From Phoronis australis (Eukaryota > Animalia > Phoronida): a stretch of DNA of 64,000 bases. A program made the translations under genes and the position numbers. The notes below the pieces were generated by a model that saw nothing but the letters and a program-made list of their open reading frames with translations, was not told the DNA's origin and ran no database searches. Within the stretch, counting starts at the first letter, position 1. Every line of letters begins with the position of its first letter. The DNA lies in assembly GCA_002633005.1 (NCBI GenBank), contig NMRA01000279.1:464422-528421 (forward strand), written 5' to 3'. Positions 44,401 to 59,400 of the stretch are shown piece by piece.

Positions 44401-47400
44401 CTCTACATGAAGTAAGGACCAACGTACTTGTGCATGACAAAGCAGTTCCAGTCCAAGCTCCGTCAGACCCACATAGGCGTGTAGCGTCACCACCTGTCGA
44501 TTCATAGCCGTCGTCACAGGAATAAGTAGCTGTTCCTTGGTAAGTGGTGGTTGTAGTCGTGAAGTTTGAATTGGAGTTAGCGTTTGGTTGGCCACAATTC
44601 TTTGCTGAAGTTAATTAGAAGAGAAAGACGAATTACCATGTAATCTCAAACTTCTTTAGAAACTTGCTGAGGTATCAAGTGTCGCTCGAGATGACTTGAA
44701 AATCTAATATCCCTGGAGTGGGATTTTAAACAAATGCTTGATATTAAATTGGAAGCCGGCAAGAAGGTTGGTGACACGACATTTCTTCCGGATCCTTGTA
44801 GATTCATCTTTGTGAATTCAGTGTCCATAATGTCTGGACCCGCGTGAACAACACCGAAAAAGAAGAACGAAATGAACAAGAACAGTCGAAAGGTTTTCAC
44901 CAGCAAAAACAAAAATTAAATAATTATTCAGAATCAGAGGCTGCACTTGGTTGACTTCATCGCTTGTGCACAGTCAACCGGTTAAGACATGTGGTTGGTT
45001 CTCGATGGCGAATTTTGTTTTACATATCAATCAGGTGCAAGCCGTAAGTCAAAATGGGGAACCAATCAGATGTCTTAAACCGGTAGAATCGGCTGGAACG
45101 GCGAACTCGATCACGTGGAGTGAATGTCCATCAAGAAGCATCAGTGATCCGCATCCGCGTTTCGATTAACAGACTTTCGAGTCCACCATTATGTAATACC
45201 TTATTTCTCCAGTACGTATCCCAAACCCGATTGACAAGAAGTTACTCTACGTACTTGTGCATGACAAAGCAGTTCCAGTCCACGTTCCGTCCGACCCACA
45301 TAGGCGGGTAACGTTACCAGCTGTCGGCTCATAGCCGTCGTCACAGGAATAAGTAGCTGTTCCTTGGTAAGTGGTGGTTGTAGTCGTGAAGTTTGAATTT
45401 GCGTTGGTGTTTGGCTGGCCACAACTCTTAACTGAAAATTAATAAAACAATAAAACAGGTACATTAACGTGTGCTCTCGTACATGTAGGTCTCTTTTGGT
45501 AATGTGCTTACGTTTCTTGTTATTCAAGTTCATTTAAAATTCTATCGTTTTTGGAATAGATTATTAACCCCATTGCAGAAAGAGATGGAAATGAAATGTG
45601 ATCTAGATTCTTATGTTCACTTGAAAATTCAATCGTTATTGGAATGCTTAGTGATGATATTTGAAATGATGCCTTAGGAAATTGGAGTCCGACACGTTAA
45701 CAAGTGTCACGATAGTTCTTCCAAATTACTCTCCCTTCATGTTTGTGAAGAGAATTTCGACAATTTTTCTACGTTTTCGTCCACAACACCGTAACAGATT
45801 AACAAGTCGATGGTTCAGCACACTAACTACTTTCATCATCGAAACGTAAATGAAATTATCCTTAATGAGAAATCTAACAAGTACAACTTTTGAGGGTTGA
45901 AAAGGGTTACAGAGCATGATTTTGTTTCCAAGAACAGGATGGGAAAGTTGTCTTAAAAATCTGTTAATAGGCCAAAGTCGGGTTCAGTATCCTTTTAAGT
46001 AGCACTTTTGTCGGAAGTTTGTCGGAGTTTAATTCTTTGATGAAGTAACATTTGTCGAAACGTTTCCGATAGTTGGACAGAAAGAAATCAGATTAGGTCG
46101 GAGATAAAATGAGTGGCTTTTTGTGTCCAAGATTTTCCGAACTTCGACACTGCAAACTTTAAATTAAACAAGACCAACGGAGAATGCATTGCAAATGGTG
46201 TGCTTTTATAGTTATTTATTTGTATCATAAAAATGGCCACTAAATGGCGCAAAAACATACAATCCATCCAAAAACAGGAACATGCCGTATTTCATAAAAA
46301 TCTGTCAAGGAACTTCAGAGAAACAAAGAAAAACAGAATAAAATGAAATTGCCACTAGTGGCCACAGTGTCCGTTGGATCCGCCTGAAAGTTGTCGTCGT
46401 ATGTTATTATCTTCATATTAATACAATTGCTAAATTTAATAAAGATCCTGCATTGGGTTTATGAGATACAACTACGGGCGCAAAACATAACTGCCTCTAG
46501 GAGGTGCCACAGTAGTCAGTCACCATCATCAAAGGTCGTCTTCACACTGAGAACATAATATATGAAAATTTTGAAATGATTTGGTTGATACAGGGGTAGA
46601 TGCCTAAAACAAGATTTGAAAACAGCAAAAATGGCCACTAGGTCGTGCAAAATAAATCGATTCTATCCAAAAACAGAAAAATAGCGTCATCACACCAATA
46701 GAAGCCTACATTACAAATTTTATGAAAATCTGTTGTGGACGTTTGAAGATACAGAGTTAAAGGTAAAAAAATAAATTGCCACTAGGGGGCACACCGGTAG
46801 TCAGATCCGTTCGAAAGTTCGCTCATGTCGTCCCATTCATGAAAGAAACATATGTGCCAAATTTCGTGAACGTATGTCAAAGGGTTTTGGAAATAGAGCA
46901 GCGGACGCCGGACACCAGACAGTCGGTCGCCGCACAGACGGACGGACGGACGGACGGACGGACGGAGATGACGGCATAAGGCGTCCACATATAAATATGT
47001 GGGCGCATAAAAAGCACTCTATAACGATTAACTCTCCAATTTGGCGTCACTCAACACCAAAAAATAAGAGCAATAACAGTACTGAACAGGGTAATTTCTA
47101 TTTAAATCATGGAAGGAGCTTCAACACGCCAAAAGAAATCAATAAAAAGATCCGATGATTCAGACGAAGGCCAACATTTGGAGTCACTCTTACCATCGAA
47201 AAAGTGACCTTCACCGTTTTCACGCCTACAAATGTACTGGAATAACTCACTTGTGCACTCTAGTGCGGTACCACTCCATGATTTATTAGCCTGGCAAGTC
47301 CGTGAGACGTTGCCACCAGATTGTTCATAGCCAGAGTCACAGGCATAGTTGGCGATGTCCTCAAATGTGTCCGTATCAGATGTAACAGTTGAATTGGAAT

Positions 47401-50400
47401 TGACGTTTGGGGAACCACATCCAACTCCTAAAAGGGCGTTATTGAAACATGACCAATCTTTTGCTTACAGTGACGATGGAAATGAGTATTGGGAAAGATA
47501 ATAATCTGGCCACTATAGGAATATTAACACTTTAATGCCATGTTTGTTGACTAAGGAAAAGTAAACGCATTGATAATATTGATATATTGGCAGTATCAAA
47601 TATCATTCAATCAGTTGTCGAAGCAAACCCTCAAAACGAGTTAGTGACGCATTTAACCAAGGTTCCGTACAACAGTTTATCGGATCAAAAAGTTGATCAC
47701 GGGCTGGCCGCCTTATGTTAATTTTTATTATAGCACGTACGTATGACGACTTAGGAACAATAGGAAATTGAATTATTATCGATCAACCCTAGTTTGAAGT
47801 TTTTTTTATAACAGCTCAATAAATAGTACAGCAACTCACTCATGCAGGTAAGAGCGGCACCACTCCATGATTTATCAGCCAGGCAAGTTCGTGAGAGGTT
47901 TCCGCCAGATTGTTCATATCCAGTATCGCAAGCGTAGGTGGCGGTGTCACCAAAGAAATCAGTATCCGATGTAACAGTTGAGTTGGAGTTGATGTCTGGG
48001 GAGCCACAACTTACTCCTGAAAGCACGTTGAAGTGAAATGTTCAATGCAGTTTGTTCAGTGTGGCTATAAATATCCAATGTCAAATGCAAAATTTAAGTA
48101 CAGTTTCCTTAAAAATGAACTATACAGTCTTTAACAGAACGCCAACAGATTTTACCAAATTTGCATAAAATAATCGGCAGTAAAATTGGAGTATAGTCAA
48201 ATATTTGTCGCTTCTTAAAGATAGTAAACCTTGTTTATATCATTTCAACCAATCCTCAATCCGTCACCTGGAAAAATCAAATTCGGCACGTTTATTTTTA
48301 AAACTACTATGCATAACGTAACACAGCACAGGTTCGTGCAGTAGCATCGCTAACACATTTCTGCGAAAAACCTTCTCTAACAGGTACACGCTCGGTTTTA
48401 AGCCTAAAAAGCATTTGGGGAATATTACTTGACGAGGTCTAATTCTTCCAGTTGTTAGCTTTGACCAGCGCTATAAAACAACAAAACCTAAAATGCTTTT
48501 ATGATTTAAATAGAAATTTCCAATTCTCACCTTTGCATGCCACACAGTAGGTGAAACCATGGTCGTGTATTTACCAGTTAAATATTATTGAACTAATCAG
48601 CAAATTAATGCGTGTGGTTTACCTGCGCCAACAGAGAGATAGACTTTGACCGGGGAGGATTGCAGGTTTGCATTCTCGCTGAAGCTGAACTCATCAAATC
48701 AATTTTGTCAAGGATAATTTGCATTTTTTTCTTAAATTCTGTAAAGAAACGTTGTTTGTGCATTGAGTTCTGCCCTCGAAACTGTTTCTTTTGACAGTCC
48801 GTCGATGCTGCGATGACAACTAGGATTGAAACTCAAAAGTAAGAGACATCATTCCACAAATCAACAGACAGGCTCCACAGACAACCGAGATTGATGCTTA
48901 TACCTTTTTATCAAATCAACCGATAACTTTCATAAAGACCCCCCAACACATATACATAGACATATACATACTTTGACACTGTAGTGGCGTTGAATCCCAG
49001 GATGCGTTTGACAAACATGTCAACAAAGCTTCTCCAGACAACTTCTCGTAGCCAGGTTTGCACTTGTACGTCACAACAAAGCCATAAATAAAAACTGACC
49101 CAGTCCTGACAGCATTTTCATCCTCCGTTATAGGCTCTGAACAATTGATACCTGAATGTGCAGAGGTGTAATCATGCTGTTAGACAACGCAGTGCGATAG
49201 AATACTCAAACCAAACTTACATTTCTCCCAGTTGAGATCTCACTTAAAGCATAGCTTAAGTTCTTAAGCACATACATGGAGTTGTGGAGTTTGAAACCAT
49301 TTTTGTGTCTAAGCAACGATGAGTATTGTCGAATGAGTAGTAAGTTATGTTTTAAACTGGGCACAGGAGCCAGCTCAATAGTATTGGATCTACTCGGCGG
49401 CATCTTCCTAAAATACCTACTTAAGTTTGTAGCGTGAAACAAACGTTTTAACTCTGCAATTAAGTAAGTTGAAGTAACCAGATTCGTATAATAGTGGACA
49501 TGATCATTGTTGTGTGATGTAGCCATCATAACCAAGACATATTTCGAGACCCCACTGTGTACGAGTAAACAGACTGAGCCAATCTTCGTTTTTAGCCTGC
49601 TAACAGGGTGACATTCAGTTTTAAACCAAACCAAAAACAAAAAAAAAAACGCTTATATGCACACTCGCATGATGAATTTTACTTAATTATACCTGCAGTG
49701 AAGGAGTTTCTAACATCAACCACCACCGCGTTCTCACTTCCGACAATCAATGACCTATTTGCGGCAATGATGGCATCTACTGCTTGAATGCTGGCTTTAA
49801 GCTTTTCAGCGTCAGACAAGTTGCCAACTAATAACAGCTGTTGATCAACAAGCACTGAACCAGCCCTGAAAGGTGAATCGGTATTTCAGCAATTAAAACA
49901 TCATAAAGTTAGTGAGTATGACAGAAAATATCTTCATAAAAACTACACTGCACCCAAGGTCTTCTTCTGTTCTGAGTACAGTGGATATGGCCAAACCAAC
50001 TATCCCTATGATTTCCAAAAACCCAGGGACGCAGATCAAGCAGTTTATCAAGACATTGAGTCCAAATTCAATGTATTCTAATGTTATTGATTTGTGCAAG
50101 CTGTTCCGTGTACTTAGAGTTCAAATTCTATATATTGATACAATTTTTACCGATTATAAATTTGGGTAATATACTTTACAGGATTAGAACGAGGCTGCGG
50201 AACTTTAAAACATACATAACAATCCAAATATAAGATTATAATGTTTATAGATGGATCAGTATAGGGTAGAGTAAACACCAGATCCAGAAGTTTTCTTCTC
50301 CAAACAGTTGTTCAATAAATTATCGTTTCAAACTTAAATTGACTCACCGTAGCTGTTTAATCTTGAGGCTGTTGTAATGTCCAACTCCTTGTCTGTATAT

Positions 50401-53400
50401 TGGGTCGAGCTACAAAATAATCATGAGCATAAACACGACAATATATCGAAAGGAGTGAGTCAAAAAAACTATCTTACCTTGATCAATTGAAATAAGTTTC
50501 TGCTGCTAACAGAGCGCGCGTTATTTACTAACAAACTCAGCTTAAGCACATGTTCATGAACTTATAAATGCTTACACTGAAATGTCCCAGTGACTACAAG
50601 CAGCCGACACAGTCTTGAATTATCTAAGTCCGGACGGATTTTAGTTAGTAGTGTGATTGGAAAACACCATAAATAATTCATACATAAGAAATCAAATAAA
50701 AATACTCACTGTGGTATTCAATTCCTTCAAAAACAGCTCCGTGGTTGGGTCTGACAGATTCTCGTAGTTCGATTTATACGACAACGATAGCTTCATTAGA
50801 ATGCCGATGTAGGTTGTTGTTCCTGAAGGCGCATGTGTAGCCATGAAATAATGTAAGGAACTTCCGGTACAACTTTAGAATGTGCTATTTGTACAATTTA
50901 CAATAAAATAAACAGGGAAATGAGTCGGTATCACACGTAACAATTGAATTGTATTTGACTTCTGGGGAACTATACACTAATTCAAAAAGGACAGTGCAGT
51001 GAAATAGTCAACCTTCCCATACAGTGGCGATCGAGATATGTAATGTGAAATTGTATACTATGGTCTATAAACGCTTTTTAGCACTTTAATTCCCCGGTTG
51101 GTGACTAAAAACTAACCACATTTACCATACATTTAGCCAGATCAATTATGATTGAATTATTCGTCGAGGAAAAATTTCCGAGCGATTGCTAGGGCATTTC
51201 AGTCAGGATATGTTCAACCATGTATTTCTAAAAAAATTAAGACTAAAAATGATAATAGAGTATTTCTGGGCAAGGCCAATTTCATCTATTTTGCAGGTCT
51301 ATAAATATTGAAGCAACTCACTCCTGCACATCAGAGCAGACCCACTCCATGTTTGATCGGCCTGACATGTCCGTGAGAGGTCGCCACCAGATTGTTCATA
51401 TCCAGCATCACAAGCATAGTTGGCAGTGTCCCCAAAGTCATTTGTATCAGATGTAACGGTAGAATTTGGGTTAACGTCGGGGGGACCACAACTTACTCCT
51501 GAAATAATATTGACATATAGTGGTCAATATTGTGCGAGTGGTGTCGCTGTATATGGAGCCTCTAAGTTGATCTAATTGAGATTGTGGTCTCAGTCGTGTT
51601 TGCGCTCATGCGTTTGCCTAATCAGCTGTTCCCTGTCAGCCGCTTCGTGTCCATTGTGCCTGGTCTATATGCAGGTTCATATTTTTAGAGTAAGTTGTTG
51701 GAATTTCGAGAATGAATATGAAGCAACACTCATCGAAATTAATTGTTTTGATAGTTTTCCACATTGAAAACAGTATATAGTGGAAAAGAAATCCGTGTTC
51801 TTGCTTAATTTATGTCTAATATTAAGAATGTCAAATTCATTTTGGAACCCAATTATAACAATTAAACATTTAATGAGCATATATTTGACACCAAAACGAG
51901 CATTAATGAACGAAAAGAATCACACAAACTCCAATTCAATCTGAAAAAGAGCCACATTTTCAGATCAATTTATCAATGCTCACCCATGGCATTTGATTTC
52001 AAGACTTAGTAGACTCACCAATTCGCAGTAGATTGACACCTGTTTGACATTTCGACTGCCAGTGTTTCTTAAGGACTGTTATGTAATATTTTAGGTTTGC
52101 ACGAAACCAAAAGCAAATACAAAATAGTACGTACTTGTGCATGACAAAGCAGTTCCAGTCCAAGCTCCGTCAGACCCACATAGGCGTGTAGTGTTACCAC
52201 CTGTCGATTCATAGCCGTCGTCACAGGAATAAGTAGCTGCTCCTTGGTAAGTGGTGGATGTAGTCGTGACGTTGGAATTTGCGTTGGCGGTTGGATGGCC
52301 ACAATCTTTTACTGGAAATTATGAAAAGAGAAAGAGGCCCATTAACATGTAAGTTCACACGTCTCCTTTACAAATGTATTCACGTTCTTATATTGGTCGA
52401 ATTTCATTACAACTCTCTCGTTATTAATATAGATCATGATGAAGCAAATGGCAGAGCTTAATTATGATGCTTTAAGCCATTGCACGCCAACACGCACATG
52501 GCAGTTAGTGTCACAATATTGTATGCAAAATCTTAAGCATTGATGTTCATGAAGACTGTCGATAACTTTAAGGCCCTCGATGGCAGAGGAAAAGAGATAT
52601 TAGAAATATAACACAAGTTAGGCACAATACAACATTTCAGGAGCAAGATAGAAAAAAAATATAAAAAATGAGAGACCGCTATTGTTTGATTTACCCTGAA
52701 ATGGGCCTGGTCAATACTTTGTTTCCGTTGTTTGTGCTAGATAATCACTTCCTTCTGAGATATCAATCAGTTCTCAGGAAGAAATCGTCATCTAGAACAA
52801 CGAGATGTCTAAAGCAGTTATTTAACAATGCTGCCGCGGAAAAATCTATCAATTGCAAGCAGTGTATCAAGAATAAATATCAGTCATTGAGATCCCTCGT
52901 TTCGACTGCCAGTTTTTCTTAAGGACTGTTATGTAAAGTTTTAGGTTTGCAAGAAACCAAAAGCAAATACAAAATAGTACGTACTTGTGCATGACAAAGC
53001 AGTTCCAGTCCAAGCTCCGTCAGACCCACATAGGCGTGTAGTGTTACCACCTGTCGATTCATAGCCGTTGTCACAGGAATATGTAGCTGTTCCTTGGTAA
53101 GTGGTGGATGTAGTCGTGACGTTGGAATTTGCGTTGGCGGTTGGTTGGCCACAATCTTTTACTAGAAATTATGAAAAGAGAAAGAGGCACATTAACATGT
53201 AAGTTCACACGTCTCCTTTACAAATGTACTCACGTTGTTATATTGGTCGAATTTCATTACAACTCTCTCGTTTTTGATATAGATCATGATGAAGCAAATG
53301 GTAGAGCTTAATTATGATGCTTTAAATCATTGGAGGCCAACACGCACATGGCAGTTAGTGTCACAACAGTGTATGCAAAATCTTAAGCATTGATGTTCAT

Positions 53401-56400
53401 GAAGACTGTCGATAACATTAAGGCTCTTGTTGGCACAGGAAAAGAGATATTATGAAAACAACAAATGTTATGCACAATACAACATTTCGGGAGCAAGAAA
53501 GAAAAGAAATATCAAAATGAGAGACCGCCATTGTTTGATTTAGGTATAAATGGGCCTTGTCAATACTTTTTTCCGTTGTGTGTGCTCGATAATCACTTCC
53601 TCCTGAGAGATCCATCAGTTGTAAGGCAGAAGTCGTCATCGAGAACAACGAGATGTCTAAAGCAATTATTCAACAATGCTGTGGCTGAAAAATCTATCAA
53701 TTCAAAGCAGTGTCTCAAGAAGAAATATCGGTCACTGATATCCCCCGTTTCGACTGCCAGTTTTCTTAAGGACTGTTATGTAATATTTTAGGTTTGCACG
53801 AAACCAAAAGCAAATACAAAATAGTACGTACTTGTGCATGACAAAGCAGTTCCAGTCCAAGCTCCGTCAGACCCACATAGACGTGTAGTGTTACCACCTG
53901 TCGATTCATAGCCGTCGTCACAGGAATAAGTAGCTGTTCCTTGGTAAGTGGTGGATGTAGTCGTGACGTTGGAATTTGCGTTGGCGGTTGGTTGGCCACA
54001 ATCTTTTACTGGAAATTATGAAAAGAGAAAGAGGCCCATTAACATGTAAGTTCACACGTCTCCTTTACAAATGTACTCACGTTCTTATATTAGTCGAATT
54101 TCATTACAACTCTCTCGTTATTAATATAGATCATGATGAAGCAAGTGGTAGAGCTTAATTATGATGCTTTAAATCATCGGAGGCCAACACGCACATGGCA
54201 GTTAGTGTCACAATAGTGTATGCAAAATCTTAAGCATTGATGTTCATGAAGTCTGTCGATAACTTTTAAGCTCTCGTTGGCACAGGAAAAGAGATATTAT
54301 CAATATAACAAAAGTTAGGCACAATACAACATTTCAGGAGGATGAAAGAAAAGAAATAAAAAAATGAAAGACCGCCATTTTTGACTTACCCAGAAATGGG
54401 CCTGGTCAATACTTTGTTTCCGTTGTTTGTGCTCGGTAATCAATTCTTTCTGAGAGATCAATCAGTTGTAAGGCAGAAGTCGTCATCGAGAACAACGAGA
54501 TGTCTAAAGCAATTATTCAACAATGCTGCGGCGGAAAAATCTATCAATTGCAAGCAGTGTCTAAAGACGAAATATCGGTCATTGAGATCCCCCGATTCGA
54601 CTGTCAGTTTTTCTTAAGGACTGTTTTGTAATATTTTAGGTTTCCACGAAACCAAAAGCAAATACAAAATAGTACGTACTTGTACATGACAAAGCAGTTC
54701 CAGTCCAAGCTCCGTCAGACCCACATAGGCGTGTAGTGTTACCACCTGTCGATTCATAGCCGTCGTCACAGGAATAAGTAGCTGTTCCTTGGTAAGTGGT
54801 GGATGTAGTCGTGACGTTGGAATTTGCGTTGGCGGTTGGTTGGCCACAATTTTTTACTGGAAATTATGAAAAGAGAAAGAGGCACATTAACATGTAAGTT
54901 CACACGTCTCCTTTACAAATATACTCACTTTCTTATATTTTTCGAATTTCATTACAACTCTCTCGTTATTAATGTAGATCATGATGAAGCAAATGGTAGA
55001 GCTTAATTATGATGCTTTAAGTCATTGGAGGCCAACACGCACATGGCAGTTAGTGTCACAATAGTGTATGCAAAATCTTATGCATTGATGTTCATGAAGA
55101 CTGTCGATAAGTTTAAGGCTCTCGTTGGCACAGGAAAAGAGATATTATAATTATAACAAAAGTTAGGTACAATACAACATTTAAGGAGCAAGAAACAAAA
55201 GAAATATAAAAAATGAGAGACTGACATTGTTTGATCTAGCCAGAAATGGGCCTGGTCAATATTTGTTTCCGTTGTTTGTGCTCGATAACCACTTCCATCT
55301 GAGAGATCAATCAGTTGTAAGGCAGAAGTCGTCATCGAGAACAACGAGATGTCTAAAGCAATTATTCAACATTGCTGCGGCGGAAAATTCTATCAATTGC
55401 AAGCAGTGTTTAAAGAAGAAATATCGGTCATTGAGATCCCCCGTTTCGACTGCCAGTTTTTCTCAATGACTGTTATGTAATATTTTAGGTTTGCACAAAA
55501 GCAAAGCAAATACTAAATAGTACGTACTTGTGCATGACAAAGCAGTTCCAGTCCAAGCTCCGTCAGACCCACATAGGCGTGTAGTGTTACCACCTGTCGA
55601 TTCATAGCCGTCGTCACAGGAATAAGTAGCTGTTCCTTGGTAAGTGGTGGATGTAGTCGTGACGTTGGAATTTGCGTTGGCGGTTGGTTGGCCACAATCT
55701 TTTACTGAAAATTATGAAAAGAGAAAGAGGCACATTAACATAAAAGTTCACACGTCTCCTTTACAAATGTACTCACGTTCTTATATTAGTCGAATTTCGT
55801 TACAACTCCCTCGTTATGAATATAGATCATGATGAAGCAACTGGTAGAGCTTAATTACGATGGTTTAAGTCATTGGAGGCCAACACGCCCATGGCAGTTA
55901 GTGTCACGATTGAGTATGCAAAATCTAAAGCATTGATGTTCATGAACACTTTCGATAACTTTAAGGCTCTCGTTGGCACAGGAAAAGAGATATTATAAAT
56001 ATAACAAATATTAGGCACAATACAACATTTCAGGAGCAAGAAAGAAAAGAACTATAAAAAATGAGAGACTGCCACTGTTTGATTTAGCCAGAAATGGGCC
56101 TGATCAATACTTTGTTTCCGTTGCTTGTGTTCGATAACCACTTCGTTCTGAGAGATCAAACAGTTGTAAGGCAGAAGTCGTCATCGAGAACAACGAGATG
56201 TCTAAAGCAATTATTCAACAATGCTGCGGCCGAAAAATGTATCAATTGCGAGCAGTGTCTCAAGAAGAAATATCGGTCATTGAGATCCCCCGTATCGACT
56301 GCCAGTTTTTCTTAAGGACTGTTATGTAATATTTTAGGTTTGCACGAAACCAAAAGCAAATACAAAATAGTACGTACATGTGCATGACAAAGCAGTTCCA

Positions 56401-59400
56401 GTCCAAGCTCCGTCAGACCCACATAGGCGTGTAGTGTTACCACCTGTCGATTCATAGCCGTCGTCACAGGAATAAGTAGCTGTTCCTTGGTAAGTGATGG
56501 ATGTAGTCGTGACGCTGGAATTTGCGTTGGCGGTTGGTTGGCCACAATCTTTTACTGGAAATTATGAAAAGAGAAAGAGGCACATTAACATGTAAGTTCA
56601 CACGTTTCCTTTACAAATGTACTCACTTTCTTATATTGGTCGAATTTCATTACAACTCTCTCGTTATTAATGTAGATCATGATGAAGCAAATGGTAGAGC
56701 TTAATTATGATGCTTTAAGTCATTGGAGGCCAACACGCACATGGCAGTTAGTGTCACAATAGTGTATGCAAAATCTTATGCATTGATGTTCATGAAGACT
56801 GTCGATAAGTTTAAGGCTCTCGTAGCCACAGGAAAAGAGATATGATAGTTATAACAAAAGTTAGGTACAATACAACATTTAAGGAGCAAGAAAGAAAAGA
56901 AATATAAAAAGTGAGAGACTGACATTGTTTGATTTAGCCAGAAATGGGCCTGGTCAATACTTTGTTTCCGTTGTTTGTGCTCGATAACCACTTCCATCTG
57001 AGAGATCAATCAGTGGAAGGCAGAAGTCGTCATCGAGAACAACGAGATGTCTAAAGCAATTATTCAGCAATGTTGCGGCGGAAACTTCTATCAATTGCAA
57101 GCAGTGTCTAAAGAAGAAATATCGGTCATTGAGATCCCCCGTTTCGACTGCCAGTTTTTCTCAATGACTGTTATGTAATATTTTAGGTTTGCACAAAAGC
57201 AAAGCAAATACTAAATAGTACGTACTTGTGCATGACAAAGCAGTTCCAGTCCAAGCTCCGTCAGACCCACATAGGCGTGTAGTGTTACCACCTGTCGATT
57301 CATAGCCGTCGTCACAGGAATAAGTAGCTGTTCCTTGGTAAGTGGTGGATGTAGTCGTGACGTTGGAATTTGCGTTGGCGGTTGGTTGGCCACAATCTTT
57401 TACTGGAAATTATGAAAAGAGAAAGAGGCACATTAACATGTAAGTTCACACGTCTCCTTTACAAATGTACTCACGTTCTTATATTGGTCGAATTTCATTA
57501 CAACTCTCTCGCTATTAATATAGATCATGATGAAGCAAATGGTAGAGCTTAATTATGATGTTGTAAGTCATTGGAGGCCAACACGCACATGGCAGTTAGT
57601 GTCAAAATAGTGTATGCAAAATCTTATGCATTGATGTCCATGAAGACTGTCGATAACTTTAAGGCTCTCGTTGGCACAGGAAAAGAGATATTATAAATAT
57701 AACAAAAGTTAGGCACAATACAACATCTCAGGATCAAGAAAGGATAGAAATATAAAAAATGAGAGACTGACATTGTTTGATTTAGCCAGAAATGGGCCTG
57801 GTCAATACCTTGTTTCCGCTGTTTGTGCTCGATAATCACTTGATTCTGAGAGATTAATCAGTTGTAAGGCAGAAGTCGTCATCGAGAACAACGAGATGTC
57901 TCAAGCAATTATTCAACAATGCTTCGGCGGAAAAATCTTTCAATTGCAAGCAGTGTCTAAAGAAGAAATATCGGTCATTGAGATCCCCCGTTTCGACTGC
58001 CAGGTTTTCTTAAGGCGTGGTATGTAATATTTTAGGTTTGCACGAAACAAAAGCAAATACAAAAGAGTACGTACTTGTGCATGACAAAGCAGTTCCAGTC
58101 CAAGCTCCGTCAGACCCACATAGGCGTGTAGTGTTACCACCTGTCGATTTATAGCCGACGTCACAGGAATAAGTAGCTGTTCCTTGGTAAGTGGTGGATG
58201 TAGTCGTGACGTTGGAATTTGCGTTGGCGGTTGGTTGGCCACAATCTTTTACTGAAAATTATGAAAACAGAAAGAGGCACATTAACATAAAAGTTCACAC
58301 GTCTCCTTTACAAATGTACTCACGTTCTTATATTAGTCGAATTTCATTACAACTCTCTCGTTATGAATATAGATCATGATGAAGCAACTGGTAGAGCTTA
58401 ATTATGATGGTTTAAGTCATTGGAGGCCAACACCCCATGGCAGTTAGTGTCACGATTGAGTATGCAAAATCTAAAGCATTGATGTTCATGAACACTTTCG
58501 ATAACTTTAAGGCTCTCGTTGGCACAGGAAAAGAGATATTATAAATATAACAAATATTAGGCACAATACAACATTTCAGGAGCAAGAAAGAAAAGAAATA
58601 TAAAAAATGAGAGACTGACATTGTTTGATCTAGCCAGAAATGGGCCTGGTCAATACTTTGTTTCCGTTGTTTGTACTCGATAACCACTTCCATCTGAGAG
58701 ATCAAACAGTTGTAAGGCAGAAGTCGTCATCGAGAACAACGAGATGTCTAAAGCAATTATTCAACAATGCTGCGGCGGAAAATTCTATCAATTGCAAGCA
58801 GTGTCTAAAGAAGAAATATCGGTCATTGAGATCCCCGTTTCGACTGCCAGTTTTTCTCAATGACTGTTATGTAATATTTTAGGTTTGCACAAAAGCAAAG
58901 CAAATACTAAATAGTACGTACGTGTGCATGACAAAGCAGTTCCAGTCCAAGCTCCGTCAGACCCACATAGGCGTGTAGTGTTACCACCTGTCGATTCATA
59001 GCCGTCGTCACAGGAATAAGTAGCTGTTCCTTGGTAAGTGGTGGATGTAGTCGTGACGTTGGAATTTGAGTTGGCGGTTGGTTGGCCACAATCTTTTACT
59101 GGGAATTATGAAAAGAGAAAGAGGCACATTAACATGTAAGTTCACACGTCTCGTTTACAAATGTACTCACTTTCTTATATTCGTCGAATTTCATTACAAC
59201 TCTCTCGTTATTAATGTAGATCATGATGAAGCAAATGGTAGAGCTTAATTATGCTGCTTTAAGTCATTGGAGGCCAACACGCACATGGCAGTTAGTGTCA
59301 CAATAGTGTATGCAAAATCTTATGCATTGATGTTCATGAAGACTGTAGATAAGTTTAAGGCTCTCGTTGGCACAGGAAAAGGGATATTATAATTATAACA

